From the sequence record OM735461.1: DNA of 38,270 nt; one strand, given 5' to 3'. A model generated the notes under the pieces. The model had not been told where the DNA came from. It was given only the letters and a program-made list of their open reading frames with translations, and did not search any database. This DNA is from Escherichia phage BUCT618. This document shows positions 1 to 9,143 of this stretch, piece after piece; position 1 is the first letter of the stretch, and each line of letters starts with the position of its first letter. The position numbers and the translations under genes were made by a program.

Positions 1-19
1 CCATTCCGGGCCTTTTCTT

Positions 20-2389
20 TTACCATGCTGAAAGGTTGTAGCCGGTGACCAGGTTGTCAGAGATGGCGTCTAGCGTAGGGTCAACCTGGTCGTCGTGCTT
101 TCCGTTAGGGAATACGGAGAATTCACCGATGTAGGCAGGCATCCACGGAGCATCCTTCGGCAGGTGAACAAGGCCCGCCTCAATCTGCGGCAGAACATCC
201 AGGGCGCGGGTGAATTTATCCACCGAGCGCTGAATCGGGATTACCGGCACACCCTCCATTTTCAGCGTCTGAATCAGGCCGGTTCCGCTGGCCTTATCCT
301 CAATCTTCATTCCGCGAACAACGCCACGGTTAATGGGTGATTTGTGCAAATCCCAGAATGCGCGAGCCTGTTTTATGAGGTCCGGCGCCTCCCATTTACC
401 ACGAATCTGGTCGAGCAGATAGGCGTGGCCGTTTTTGAATCCCCAGCACTGGAATACAGACCAGTCGTTGTGCTCTTTTGTTTTGAGAGCGGTATCTGCG
501 TATATAACGCGATAATCCCACTCCGGGTGCACAAAGCTGTTGTCGTACCACTGCCACCAGCTGTCTTTGAAAAGGCCGCCGCCTTTCGGTGCAGGGCGCT
601 GCATGTACTGACCAGCGAATACGTAAGGGTTACTGGCCTCCATCTCTGCCAGCTTCTCACGTGAGTGCTTAAAGGGCCACAAGGCGGTGTCATCTGGGTT
701 TACGGCAGGGATACTAAGTACATGCCACTGCTCGCCATTTCCGCCAGCCTGTAGCCATCCTGCAAGGTCTTCCTCGTGGAGTCTCTGCATGATAACGATA
801 ATTGGCGTATCAGGGCTGTTCAGGCGTGATTCCATCGTGGTCTGGAACCAGTCAATGACATTCTGCCGCATGGTGTCAGAATTGGCCTCGCTTGCCTTAT
901 GCGGGTCATCAATTATGATACAGTTAGATACAACGGCACCTGTTTGTGATAATATGAAGTTGTTGTTATCTTCAACCCCTAAACAATAGGTTTCATCAAC
1001 ATGACCGATATACTCAACGAAACATGGCTGACCATCCCCAACACCAATGGGCTTTACGAGGTTTCCGATGCTGGAAATGTCAGAAGGACACGTCCCATCC
1101 GAGCGCTTAAGCCTTCTGTTGACTCCAAAGGATACTTGAGAGTCAACCTTTCCGTTGGCGGTAAGGTCACCTGCAAATACATCGCTCACCTTGTCGCTGA
1201 GAATTTTATAGGCGAAAGGCCCCATAAGAATGAGGTTAGGCACCTGGACGGGAACCCCATGAATAACACCCTTAGCAATCTCGCGTATGGCACTAAGTCC
1301 GACAACATGCAGGACGCTTTGCGGCATGGAACATTCCCCGTGCTCGAAAGAAGACCAGGAGCAGTCCTCGACAGAGTAAAGGTTGTTGAAATATTCCAGA
1401 GCGCCGATGATGCTAAAACTCTCGCTGCCAGGTACGGAGTTAGCGTCGGGGTTATCAGGCAGATCAAACTCAGACAGACATGGCGTAGCGTCACGAATGG
1501 ATTGCCTGATGCTCGGTGGAATGCAAAGCCAAAGCACTCGAAGGAAGTGATAAAAATCGCCATCGACCGGCGCTACAGCAGGGAAGAGGCTTGCAGACTC
1601 ACCGGACTTTCTTTGCACCAGATTAAGAGGCTTCGCAAGATGAATGGCGGAGACCCATCCGGCATCGGTTAATATTTCATGATCAGGAGTGCACTCAAAT
1701 GAAGACCCATCATCAAAGTGCACTCTTATAATGTCATTGCCAGGGTTTACCCACTTGTGAGTGATCCGCTTAACTTCAGCAACCTGATTATTCTCATTGA
1801 ATGAGTTTACCTCCATGACACCGCTGTGGATTATGTCATAGATGGATAGCTCTCCGTCAGGAGTGGAAATAATCTGGCTAGCTGGGAAGCAACCGCCGAA
1901 GCCTTCACGCAGTTTACCTGCGCCATACCCTGTGATAGTCCCGTCCGAACCGGTGGCATAGACGCAGCCGCCGGTTTTGGTGCGCCACTCGTCTTTAGCC
2001 TTAGCGTCCGGCATCATGCCGATGTCGCCGAATACGGCACGGTACTCTTCAGACATGGCAATGGCGCGGGCCTGGTAGGTGTTATTTGCTGCAAGGCGCT
2101 TGGAGTAGCTGGCGTGGATAAATTCGCAGTCAGGATAGTTCCCGATAGCCCAGGCCATGAAGTTGACCACAGCAAGCTCGGTCTTTGAGTAGCGAGGGGG
2201 GATATTGATAATCAGGCGTTTGTACTGTCCGATAAAGCACCGCTCGAGCGCCTCGCAGATTTTCGCATGATGCCAGTTCTCCACAAAGTCAAAGCCCTTG
2301 CGGGCCTTGAACATGTATTTGGAAAACTCAAGCAGGTCACATCGCAGGGTAGCGATGTCGTCGGCGGAAAGTTTAATCTCTTGAGCCAT
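20..2389 (-). CDS. terL: Terminase large subunit, interrupted in frame by an intein (extein about 466 aa)
   Basis: 789-aa ORF. N-extein has Walker A-like IPPRYSKT and ends GAGKLREGFGG; C-extein starts CIIIDDPHKA (Walker B-like) and carries QYMQRP and acidic nuclease-type residues. Lies immediately downstream of terS with a 17-nt overlap. Confidence 0.85.
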   Translation of the reverse strand: MAQEIKLSADDIATLRCDLLEFSKYMFKARKGFDFVENWHHAKICEALERCFIGQYKRLIINIPPRYSKTELAVVNFMAWAIGNYPDCEFIHASYSKRLAANNTYQARAIAMSEEYRAVFGDIGMMPDAKAKDEWRTKTGGCVYATGSDGTITGYGAGKLREGFGGCFPASQIISTPDGELSIYDIIHSGVMEVNSFNENNQVAEVKRITHKWVNPGNDIIRVHFDDGSSFECTPDHEILTDAGWVSAIHLAKPLNLVQRKSGESASLFPAVAPVDGDFYHFLRVLWLCIPPSIRQSIRDATPCLSEFDLPDNPDANSVPGSESFSIIGALEYFNNLYSVEDCSWSSFEHGECSMPQSVLHVVGLSAIREIAKGVIHGVPVQVPNLILMGPFAYKILSDKVSDVFAGDLTANGKVDSQVSFGVNRRLKRSDGTCPSDISSIGNLVKPIGVGDGQPCFVEYIGHVDETYCLGVEDNNNFILSQTGAVVSNCIIIDDPHKASEANSDTMRQNVIDWFQTTMESRLNSPDTPIIVIMQRLHEEDLAGWLQAGGNGEQWHVLSIPAVNPDDTALWPFKHSREKLAEMEASNPYVFAGQYMQRPAPKGGGLFKDSWWQWYDNSFVHPEWDYRVIYADTALKTKEHNDWSVFQCWGFKNGHAYLLDQIRGKWEAPDLIKQARAFWDLHKSPINRGVVRGMKIEDKASGTGLIQTLKMEGVPVIPIQRSVDKFTRALDVLPQIEAGLVHLPKDAPWMPAYIGEFSVFPNGKHDDQVDPTLDAISDNLVTGYNLSAW
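923..1891 (-). mobile_element. Intein within terL (residues C167 to N489, 323 aa)
   Basis: N-terminal Hint blocks CFPASQIISTPDGELSIYDI and ECTPDHEILTDAGW (TxxH); C-terminal blocks ETYCLGVEDNNNFILSQTGAVVSN followed by +1 Cys. The central ~210 residues are low complexity with no endonuclease motif in this frame. Confidence 0.7.
1001..1672 (+). CDS. HNH homing endonuclease (NUMOD4-like N-terminus, HNH_3-like core, C-terminal helix-turn-helix repeats), encoded antisense inside the terL intein
   Basis: 223-aa ORF with ETWLTIPNTNGLYEVSDAGNVRR, KGYLRVNLSVGGK, HLVAENFIGERPHKNEVRHLDGNPMNNTLSNLAYGTKSDN, then two HTH-like segments. No strong Shine-Dalgarno upstream. Confidence 0.8.
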   Translation: MTDILNETWLTIPNTNGLYEVSDAGNVRRTRPIRALKPSVDSKGYLRVNLSVGGKVTCKYIAHLVAENFIGERPHKNEVRHLDGNPMNNTLSNLAYGTKSDNMQDALRHGTFPVLERRPGAVLDRVKVVEIFQSADDAKTLAARYGVSVGVIRQIKLRQTWRSVTNGLPDARWNAKPKHSKEVIKIAIDRRYSREEACRLTGLSLHQIKRLRKMNGGDPSGIG

Positions 2390-2999
2390 ACTTCCTTCTG
2401 AGCGCCTCAGTTACATCTGAGCCTTGTGGTGACATTGAACCGTCGCTTGAGATGTGGTTGACGGTTTCTTTGTATCCGCCAAGCATCTTGATGAGCATAT
2501 CCTGCGCCTTCTGCTGGTCTGCCATCTCGAACTTCGGACCCATCTTCGTGAAGGTGATGCCTTTGATGAGTCCGCGAATCTCTTCGGGTACTTCATCAGA
2601 TGACATCTTCACGACCGGCACAGCCATCTCACCAATCACCTCGCCGTCCTCGTTCACCATTGGGCGTTTCTCCCATCCGATGAACTGAGTCACGTCGGCA
2701 AACGCCTGAGCCTGGATGCGTGATGCAATTTCGTCAAGGCTCATGAGTTTTGACTTGGCAATAAGCCTGCGAGCCTCGCGGATGTATGGGCCGACTTTTG
2801 GATGGGTCAGCAATTTGCATCCAGCGACTACGGCAGACTTATATGCTACATCTTCGCCATAAGCATGGAGATACGCTCTCGTTGCGTTACCATTAGCAAT
2901 ATAATGATTAGCAAATGTTAAATGGTCTTTACTCAGTTGAGCCGCCATTTCCTCAAGCTCAGGCGTGAAGAAAGGCAGCTTATCGTCTGCCTCTGCCAT
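2373..2999 (-). CDS. terS: Terminase small subunit (Terminase_2 / P27-like)
   Basis: 208 aa with FANHYIANGNATRAYLHAYGEDVAYKSAVVAGCKLLTHPKV signature; strong RBS (GAAGGAGG); directly upstream of and overlapping terL. Confidence 0.8.
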   Translation of the reverse strand: MAEADDKLPFFTPELEEMAAQLSKDHLTFANHYIANGNATRAYLHAYGEDVAYKSAVVAGCKLLTHPKVGPYIREARRLIAKSKLMSLDEIASRIQAQAFADVTQFIGWEKRPMVNEDGEVIGEMAVPVVKMSSDEVPEEIRGLIKGITFTKMGPKFEMADQQKAQDMLIKMLGGYKETVNHISSDGSMSPQGSDVTEALRRKYGSRD

Positions 3000-3000
3000 G

Positions 3001-3201
3001 TCAATCCTCCTTCACCAGCACCAGTTTAAACCGTGAACGAGCGACTTTCTCGCCATAGTTATGGATGGCGCGCGGGTTTGGTGTATTAAAACTTTTACTG
3101 CGGCCCGGAGTAATGAATACATCCTCGCCATTAGCCGCAGCATCCATTGCTTCCTTCATGCCGTTACGGATAAAGTCACGCGGGGTAAATTGTTTCATCA
3201 T
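3001..3201 (-). CDS. Hypothetical small protein (66 aa)
   Basis: ORF ending 1 nt before the terS start; no recognisable motif. Confidence 0.4.
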   Translation of the reverse strand: MMKQFTPRDFIRNGMKEAMDAAANGEDVFITPGRSKSFNTPNPRAIHNYGEKVARSRFKLVLVKED

Positions 3202-3249
3202 TAATCCTTTCCGTTGTTTCCCCTATTATCGCCCCGCAATGAAACAGTG

Positions 3250-3750
3250 TCAACCTCGGTATGATTTGATTTCACTGCGCACCCAGTTGCGGGGGATGGA
3301 GAATGTACCCATCTTCTTGCCTGATTCGGATGCCTCTTTGCACTCCAGTCTTCCATCCTCTTCTCGATACCTTGCATTGTTTACCACCTCTTTCAGCCAG
3401 AAGTCGCCATTGACTTTATGGGTGAAGGTTCGCAGTCCATCTTCGGTTGTGACATCTACGGCCATTTCTACATTGCGCAGGATGTTCACGACAGTTCTCC
3501 AGTCACGGAAGCCGTACTTCTTAACCAGGTCTATAGCGGGGATCAGGTCCGGGTCGATTTTGGTGGCTGCTTCTATGAAAGCCTGCTTATCAACCTCGGC
3601 TGACTCCTTGCGTCCTTTAACTTCACTCCGAAGTGTCCGTACTTCTGACTTAACGGATTTAAGTTCAGTGGTGAGTGATTTTACCTGCTCAATCAGCTTT
3701 TCAACATGAAGGGCCAGGTTTGCGTAGTGCGGGGTTGGTTTGCGTTTCAT
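3250..3750 (-). CDS. Hypothetical protein with N-terminal coiled coil
   Basis: ORF track starts at 3774, but the ATG at 3750 is preceded by AAGGAG at the right spacing, so the start is placed there. No confident domain call. Confidence 0.5.
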   Translation of the reverse strand: MKRKPTPHYANLALHVEKLIEQVKSLTTELKSVKSEVRTLRSEVKGRKESAEVDKQAFIEAATKIDPDLIPAIDLVKKYGFRDWRTVVNILRNVEMAVDVTTEDGLRTFTHKVNGDFWLKEVVNNARYREEDGRLECKEASESGKKMGTFSIPRNWVRSEIKSYRG

Positions 3751-3780
3751 GGTTATCTCCTTAGTGTCATGCATGAGGAG

Positions 3781-3809
3781 AATTTAATATGTAGAAAGGA
3801 AGGTGTCAA
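3781..3809 (-). promoter_or_regulatory. Candidate sigma70-type promoter for the minus-strand operon leading to terS/terL
   Basis: TTGACA (reverse complement of 3804-3809), 17-bp spacer, TAAATT; about 25 nt upstream of the RBS. Confidence 0.4.
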
Positions 3810-3971
3810 CATTATATTGATGATTCTCAATCACTGCTCTGCGTGGGGGTGTGGGTGAGAGTCATCGAGGCCTCGCCTCCACCCTGTCCCGTAAAGCAGG
3901 GTTTGAGGTTATCATATTTTTTTTATAAAGTCAATAGATGAGAGGCAAAAAACAAAGTATAAAATTAGTGT

Positions 3972-4000
3972 TTGACATAATCACACCAGGCGGGTAGATT
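3972..4000 (+). promoter_or_regulatory. Candidate early promoter
   Basis: TTGACA, 17-bp spacer, TAGATT; the first ORF starts at 4026 with AGGAG RBS. Shares the 15-mer TAGTGTTTGACATAA with the promoter at 32286. Confidence 0.5.
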
Positions 4001-4025
4001 TACTGAAAACAACAGGAGAAACGAA

Positions 4026-4265
4026 ATGACCAACGAATCAATGAAAGAGTACGAAGAAATCCAGCAGCGCCTTATGGATGAGTTCATTAACAACATCTCA
4101 CCGTGGATTGACTGGGTTGGCATGTCTGGTTTTGAAGAAACAATGGCCCGCTCTGCAGTTCGCAGCCTTATCAGCCTTTCTTATTATGAAGGCACGATGA
4201 ATGGCATTCGTGTCATGCAGCAGAATATGAAGGAGTTCCATGATGATGCAATGCGTGACCGTTGA
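4026..4265 (+). CDS. Hypothetical protein (79 aa)
   Basis: First ORF after the promoter, with RBS. Confidence 0.5.
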   Translation: MTNESMKEYEEIQQRLMDEFINNISPWIDWVGMSGFEETMARSAVRSLISLSYYEGTMNGIRVMQQNMKEFHDDAMRDR

Positions 4266-4277
4266 GGTGGCGAGGGT

Positions 4278-4460
4278 ATGAGACTTTATCAGTGCTACAG
4301 ATGCGGAGAATCGAAAGACTGGTATCGGTTCAACCCTGGCCAGAAGTATTGGGCAAGGCAGTGCATCAGATGTGAAATAACACCAGCCGGAATGATGCCG
4401 GTCCCGCAAGAAAGTGAGCACAGGTTCAGGTGCAAAAAGATTAAAAAGGTGTGCAAATGA
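4278..4460 (+). CDS. Small zinc-ribbon protein (60 aa)
   Basis: CYRCG ... CIRC cysteine pairs. Confidence 0.5.
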   Translation: MRLYQCYRCGESKDWYRFNPGQKYWARQCIRCEITPAGMMPVPQESEHRFRCKKIKKVCK

Positions 4461-4741
4461 AAAGCAGCAGAGAGCAGTTTGAGGAGTGGATTTACAAAAA
4501 TAGGATGCGAGGAGTGCCGTTTGATATTGAAGTTTTCGATGTCGACGGGGCAATTTTCTACAAATCGACAGAAACGCAAGGTCAATGGAATGCATGGCAG
4601 GCCAGCCGTGCGGCGATTGAGATTGAATTGCCAGACAAACTCATGGTTGAAGATGAGTTCGACAATGGGCATAACTGCGCAATCGACTACTGCGCTGATT
4701 CCATCCGTTCCGCTGGCATTACAGTAAAAGGTGATGCATGA
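4457..4741 (+). CDS. Hypothetical protein
   Basis: ATG at 4457 overlaps the upstream stop (ORF track begins at GTG 4451). Confidence 0.5.
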   Translation: MKSSREQFEEWIYKNRMRGVPFDIEVFDVDGAIFYKSTETQGQWNAWQASRAAIEIELPDKLMVEDEFDNGHNCAIDYCADSIRSAGITVKGDA

Positions 4742-4974
4742 ACATCTTCTCAATAATCAATATGGCGCAGGCCGCCAACCCGAAGGCAGAAGTCACCATC
4801 CGCAGCGGTGGTCATGATGCCATCATCATAACCTGGTATTGGGATGGCCAGTACCTGAACCGCAGCTATTGCAAGGCTCGAATGACCGGTCATCGCTTAG
4901 GCGAATATGAGGCGTGGAGAATTGCGTTCAATGCGGTTGCTCAGATTATGGGAGTCGTGGGGTGTGCGAAATGA
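4738..4974 (+). CDS. Hypothetical protein (78 aa)
   Basis: ATGA overlap with the neighbouring genes suggests translational coupling. Confidence 0.45.
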   Translation: MNIFSIINMAQAANPKAEVTIRSGGHDAIIITWYWDGQYLNRSYCKARMTGHRLGEYEAWRIAFNAVAQIMGVVGCAK

Positions 4975-5654
4975 TTATCTGGTCACTATTTGACGGTTCA
5001 GGTCTTATGGTCAAGCCGTGGGCGGAAGCAGGACATACTTGCTATTGTTTCAACTACGACGGAGCTGACCACGGTGACTACGCACGATTGGGCGCAAAAG
5101 TTGAACATGAAAATATCCACTATATAAACGCGTGGATTGATAATAAATTCGACTTCGACGTTGCGCCGGATATTATTTTCGCGTTCCCTCCGTGCACAGA
5201 CTTAGCCGTTAGCGGCGCGTCTCATTTCGAAACGAAGCGTAAGAAGAATGCAACGTTTCAGGTAGAGGCCGTGATTACATGTAAAGTGGCGGCTCGTCTG
5301 GCTAAAAGGTACAACGTACCTTATATGATTGAGAACCCGGTTAGCGTTCTTTCGTCTTTATGGCGCAAGCCTGACTACTCGTTCAATCCGTACGAATACG
5401 GCGGCTATTTACCCGAAGACGACACGCATCCAATGTTCCCTGAATACATAAAACCACGTGACGCATACCCTAAGAAGACATGTATTTGGGCCGGTAACGG
5501 TTTTGTCATGCCTGTTAAATCATGCGTTGCCGTCGGTGACGGGTACTCAAACCAACACAATAAATTAGGCGGTAAATCAGTGAGGACAAAAACAATCCGC
5601 AGCCTGACCCCGCGCGGATTTGCCCGTGCGGTATTTGAGGCTAACAAAGGTTGA
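4971..5654 (+). CDS. DNA cytosine-5 methyltransferase (compact)
   Basis: Motif I LFDGSG, catalytic PC motif FPPCTDLAVSG, ENV-like MIENP. Start placed at ATG 4971 (ATGA overlap) rather than the ORF-track start 4914. Confidence 0.65.
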   Translation: MIIWSLFDGSGLMVKPWAEAGHTCYCFNYDGADHGDYARLGAKVEHENIHYINAWIDNKFDFDVAPDIIFAFPPCTDLAVSGASHFETKRKKNATFQVEAVITCKVAARLAKRYNVPYMIENPVSVLSSLWRKPDYSFNPYEYGGYLPEDDTHPMFPEYIKPRDAYPKKTCIWAGNGFVMPVKSCVAVGDGYSNQHNKLGGKSVRTKTIRSLTPRGFARAVFEANKG

Positions 5655-5709
5655 CCCATCTATAACAGGGCGGGATGATAGCCGCCCCATTTACCTGGAA
5701 TAAATCATC

Positions 5710-7314
5710 ATGGCAGAAGAACAAATAAACAGCCTCGTCAACCTGGCGGCTGAACAGTCACTTATCGGCGGCGTACTGATACTCGGGTTCGATGCAGATT
5801 TTCGTGAGCGCACTGATTACGTTTTCCAGAACGTGCGGGAATCTGATTTCTATGCCGCATCACACCGCATTATCTGGCGTGAAATCTGTGCGATGACCGA
5901 CAAGGCAAAGTCGGTGGATGTGATTACCCTGTTCGACATTATCGAAAGCAAGGGTATGGGTGAAAAGATAGGCGGGTTCGCGTACCTGTCAGAAATAGCC
6001 AAAGGAACGCCCAGCGCCGCAAACATCAATGCCTATGCTGATATTGTGGTTGAGCGTGCAAATGCGCGTGAAGTTCTGCGCCGGATGAATGCCGCCCGTG
6101 AAATCATTACCAAAGAGGACGGTCGTTCGCTGGCTATCCGACTGGCAGAAGCAAGTGACATCACCGCAGGCATCGACAACATATCAGCGGGCCGTATGCT
6201 GTTCAATCCTGTCGATGTGATCGCCTCGCAGCTGGAGACCATTGATGAAGACTATTCCCTTATCGAGAAGATTTTCAATGAATGTATTAAGCACAAAGAT
6301 ATTACTCTGCTTACTGGCGCTGGCGGTACGGGTAAATCCTGGCTCACCATCAAACTTGGCATTTCTGTCGCGCTCGGGCGTCCCGCACTTGGCGGGAAAT
6401 ACAATTTCCTCACTCCCGTGGAGCAGGGGGTGGTGGTCTTCCTGATTGGCGAGGATAGTGTCGATGATTACCGGCATCGCCTGGACAAGCTAATTAAGGC
6501 GGCTGGCATGACCCGTGATGAAAAGGCGCGGATTCTTTCGTCAATCCTGTTCGTTCCACTACGTGATAAGGATATTCGTCTGATTAAGCGCGAGCGTGGT
6601 GGCGACCTGGAGCAGACCGGCGTTATCCGCAATCTTGCAGCATCACTGAAGGCATGTAACTGCCGTCTTGCCATTCTTGACCCGATGAACAAATTCGCCA
6701 GCGGTGAGGAGAACAGTAACAACGAGGCAAACGTATTTATAAACGCTGTGCGGCGCGTGGTTGATTTATCTGGCTCGGCAGTGCTTATGGTCCACCACTC
6801 ATCAAAAACCGACCCTGGAGGCTCGCGCGGGGCTTCTGCGCTGGTGGATGGTGCGCGTTGTCATCTTGCACTGGCAACAATGTCGCAGCTTAAAGGCGAG
6901 AAGGCAGAGGCTGGTGATGATGACATCATTCGCCTGACCATGCCGAAGCATAACAACTTCAAAGGGTGGGACGGACCGGTATGGCTCAAGCGAAGTGACG
7001 CTGGCGATATGCTGACGATTGACCCGCCAGAGATGATTGGTACAGGCGCTATAGCCAAGCGCTTCCATGTGGATACGACGCGCGTTAAATCGCTCATCAT
7101 TGAATGTATCCGCAGCAACTCCAGACCGACAAGCACCAGCGAGTTTATCAACGCGTTTATAGAAGGACCGGGTAAAGAGCTGTGCCCTAACTACGGCAAG
7201 GCAAAGGATATTATCGGCGAGATGCTTAACGACGGCATCCTGGAAGAAGGCACGATGTTCAATCGCAAAGTGTTGCTGGTCGCTGAGCGCGAGAATGATA
7301 ATTTTACCTGGTGA
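5710..7314 (+). CDS. Replicative DNA helicase (DnaB N-terminal-like domain plus RecA-fold AAA_25/RepA-like ATPase)
   Basis: N-terminus EQSLIGGVLILG; Walker A LLTGAGGTGKSWL; Walker B region AILDP; LMVHHSSK. Confidence 0.7.
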   Translation: MAEEQINSLVNLAAEQSLIGGVLILGFDADFRERTDYVFQNVRESDFYAASHRIIWREICAMTDKAKSVDVITLFDIIESKGMGEKIGGFAYLSEIAKGTPSAANINAYADIVVERANAREVLRRMNAAREIITKEDGRSLAIRLAEASDITAGIDNISAGRMLFNPVDVIASQLETIDEDYSLIEKIFNECIKHKDITLLTGAGGTGKSWLTIKLGISVALGRPALGGKYNFLTPVEQGVVVFLIGEDSVDDYRHRLDKLIKAAGMTRDEKARILSSILFVPLRDKDIRLIKRERGGDLEQTGVIRNLAASLKACNCRLAILDPMNKFASGEENSNNEANVFINAVRRVVDLSGSAVLMVHHSSKTDPGGSRGASALVDGARCHLALATMSQLKGEKAEAGDDDIIRLTMPKHNNFKGWDGPVWLKRSDAGDMLTIDPPEMIGTGAIAKRFHVDTTRVKSLIIECIRSNSRPTSTSEFINAFIEGPGKELCPNYGKAKDIIGEMLNDGILEEGTMFNRKVLLVAERENDNFTW

Positions 7315-7320
7315 TTGTGG

Positions 7321-7348
7321 TTGACATTATTCAGTGAAGTGGTAAGGT
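7321..7348 (+). promoter_or_regulatory. Candidate promoter upstream of the SF2 helicase
   Basis: TTGACA, 16-bp spacer, TAAGGT; shares TGTGGTTGACATTA with the site at 35020. Confidence 0.4.
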
Positions 7349-7376
7349 TTAAACGGAATTTTAGCGGGAGCAAAAT

Positions 7377-9143
7377 ATGAAGCAGCCACGATTTTACCAA
7401 ACAGAAGCAAAGGAGGCGGTGATTCACCGCATCCGTGAGAACTCGAAGAAAGGAGTCGCCAGCAGGATACTTGTTGATGCGGCGGCTGGTGCAGGGAAAA
7501 CCATCATGATGGCGATCATTGCCAAACACGTACATGAGCGAGGAGGGCGAGTATTGCAGATTGCGCGTCAGCCAATACTTGCCGAGCAGACCTATCGTGA
7601 GTTCTATGATTTTTCAGTACCGGCGGGGATGTACGCCGCAAAGTTCAATAAGCGCCAGGTATATCAGGTTACCGTAGGCACTGAGGGCACGATTGTTAAT
7701 GGCCTTGCTGACTTCAATAAACCGGTTGATTTGCTTCTTATCGACGAATCGCATCAGGTAGACATTGAGAACGAAGACACGCAATTCATGCGCATAATCA
7801 ATCATCTGGATGGAGTTTCGAAAAAAGCCGGTCGCCTTATGCATATCGTAGGAGTAACAGGTTCTCCATTCCGTGGAACCGCCCACCTTACCACGTTCGA
7901 CTTCTGGCAGGAGGTTGTTTACGACATCGGCGTCGACCGACTGACTGAGATGGGGTTCCTGTCGGTTCCCGTCTATGGGTTCCCTGATGCTGACGATGAC
8001 TCCCTGGATTTCTCCAGCGTGGATACTCGCAGCGGCTCATGGGAGTTCAGCGAAAAGGAACTCGACGAAATCGCCATGTCTGACGCTGGAAAGAAAAAAC
8101 TTGTGCGTATTCTGATGCAGGTCATTGAAAAGACCAAAGACCGGAACCAGCGGATAGTCTTTGCATCGACCAAGCGACACGCCAGGGAGATTCGGCGAAT
8201 CCTCATCGCACTGGGCATCGACAAGTCAAAGATTGGCCTTGTCACTGACGATTCCAGCGAGGCGGAGAAAGACCGCGTAATCAAGCTATCGAAGGAAGGA
8301 AAACTCGACTGGCTGATTAACGTGTCGGTGCTGACTACTGGCTTTAACTCGCCACTGATTGACGTGGTTGTTTACCTGCGCCCGATTGGTTCACTGGTGT
8401 TACTGATTCAGTCTATGGGGCGCGGCGCTCGCTTGCTTGAGGAGTGGATGAAAGAGGCCGGTTTCCATAAAGATAACTATCTGGTTCTGGACTATGCCGG
8501 AGTATTCGACAGGCTTGGGCATTTGCTGGACGACCCGCTTACAGGTGCGGCACTAGCGGAAAAAGGGCGCAAGTCAGGGAAAACAAAGTTATGCCAGCGT
8601 GAAGGTTGCGGGTGCGAAAACGGAATAGGCGCTCGGCGCTGTATCGCAAAGGATCCATCAGAACCTGATGGAAGGTGCTCGTTCTTCTGGGTTTCGCAAA
8701 CATGCCCAGACTGCGGAACAGAAAACGATATAGCAGCTTCTGAGTGCCGCAATCCGAAGTGCAAGCGTGAACTGCGTGACCCTAACAAAGAGCTTTTGCA
8801 TTCCCCATATTCTGATGACCAGCTTGTTGAGGTTAAATCATGGGAGATTACGCCAGCAGAAAACGGAAATGGCATCATGGTTAAGTTCAATCTTAAGGAT
8901 GAGCCAGAGCACGGCAACCCGGTTGTTTTTTATCCCACCGATAGCGAAGGGGCTAAGCGAATAACAATGAAACAGTTCATTGAGGTCTACTGCAGGAATC
9001 CTCGATGGCATCCAGAGTTTAAAGCGCAATTAAATCCACGTGGAATCATGAAATTAAAGCAGGCGTTAACCATGCCATCGCATATCTCTTACCGGATTAA
9101 CGGGCAAAACAAATTTGTTATCGGAAGAAGGCGCTTCTCATGA
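7377..9143 (+). CDS. Superfamily 2 DNA helicase with C-terminal cysteine-rich zinc-finger region
   Basis: Walker A DAAAGAGKT, DESH box LLLIDESHQV, motif III TGSPFR, motif VI QSMGRGAR; several C-x2-C pairs in the C-terminal third. Confidence 0.8.
   Translation: MKQPRFYQTEAKEAVIHRIRENSKKGVASRILVDAAAGAGKTIMMAIIAKHVHERGGRVLQIARQPILAEQTYREFYDFSVPAGMYAAKFNKRQVYQVTVGTEGTIVNGLADFNKPVDLLLIDESHQVDIENEDTQFMRIINHLDGVSKKAGRLMHIVGVTGSPFRGTAHLTTFDFWQEVVYDIGVDRLTEMGFLSVPVYGFPDADDDSLDFSSVDTRSGSWEFSEKELDEIAMSDAGKKKLVRILMQVIEKTKDRNQRIVFASTKRHAREIRRILIALGIDKSKIGLVTDDSSEAEKDRVIKLSKEGKLDWLINVSVLTTGFNSPLIDVVVYLRPIGSLVLLIQSMGRGARLLEEWMKEAGFHKDNYLVLDYAGVFDRLGHLLDDPLTGAALAEKGRKSGKTKLCQREGCGCENGIGARRCIAKDPSEPDGRCSFFWVSQTCPDCGTENDIAASECRNPKCKRELRDPNKELLHSPYSDDQLVEVKSWEITPAENGNGIMVKFNLKDEPEHGNPVVFYPTDSEGAKRITMKQFIEVYCRNPRWHPEFKAQLNPRGIMKLKQALTMPSHISYRINGQNKFVIGRRRFS

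Noticed and set aside
95-1563. Several 100-125-aa ORFs in alternative frames inside terL (95-340, 344-664, 373-693, 687-989, 1186-1563)
   Set aside because: All are embedded in the terL/intein coding region, lack RBS and motifs, and are consistent with chance alternative-frame ORFs.
20-2389. Group I intron carrying the HNH gene in terL
   Set aside because: The terL frame is continuous through the insertion and the insertion has intein splicing blocks, so protein splicing explains it better than RNA splicing.
3065-3709. 214-aa plus-strand ORF antisense to the 3250-3750 gene
   Set aside because: Ser/Leu/Arg-rich translation, no RBS, and it runs against the direction of the surrounding minus-strand operon.
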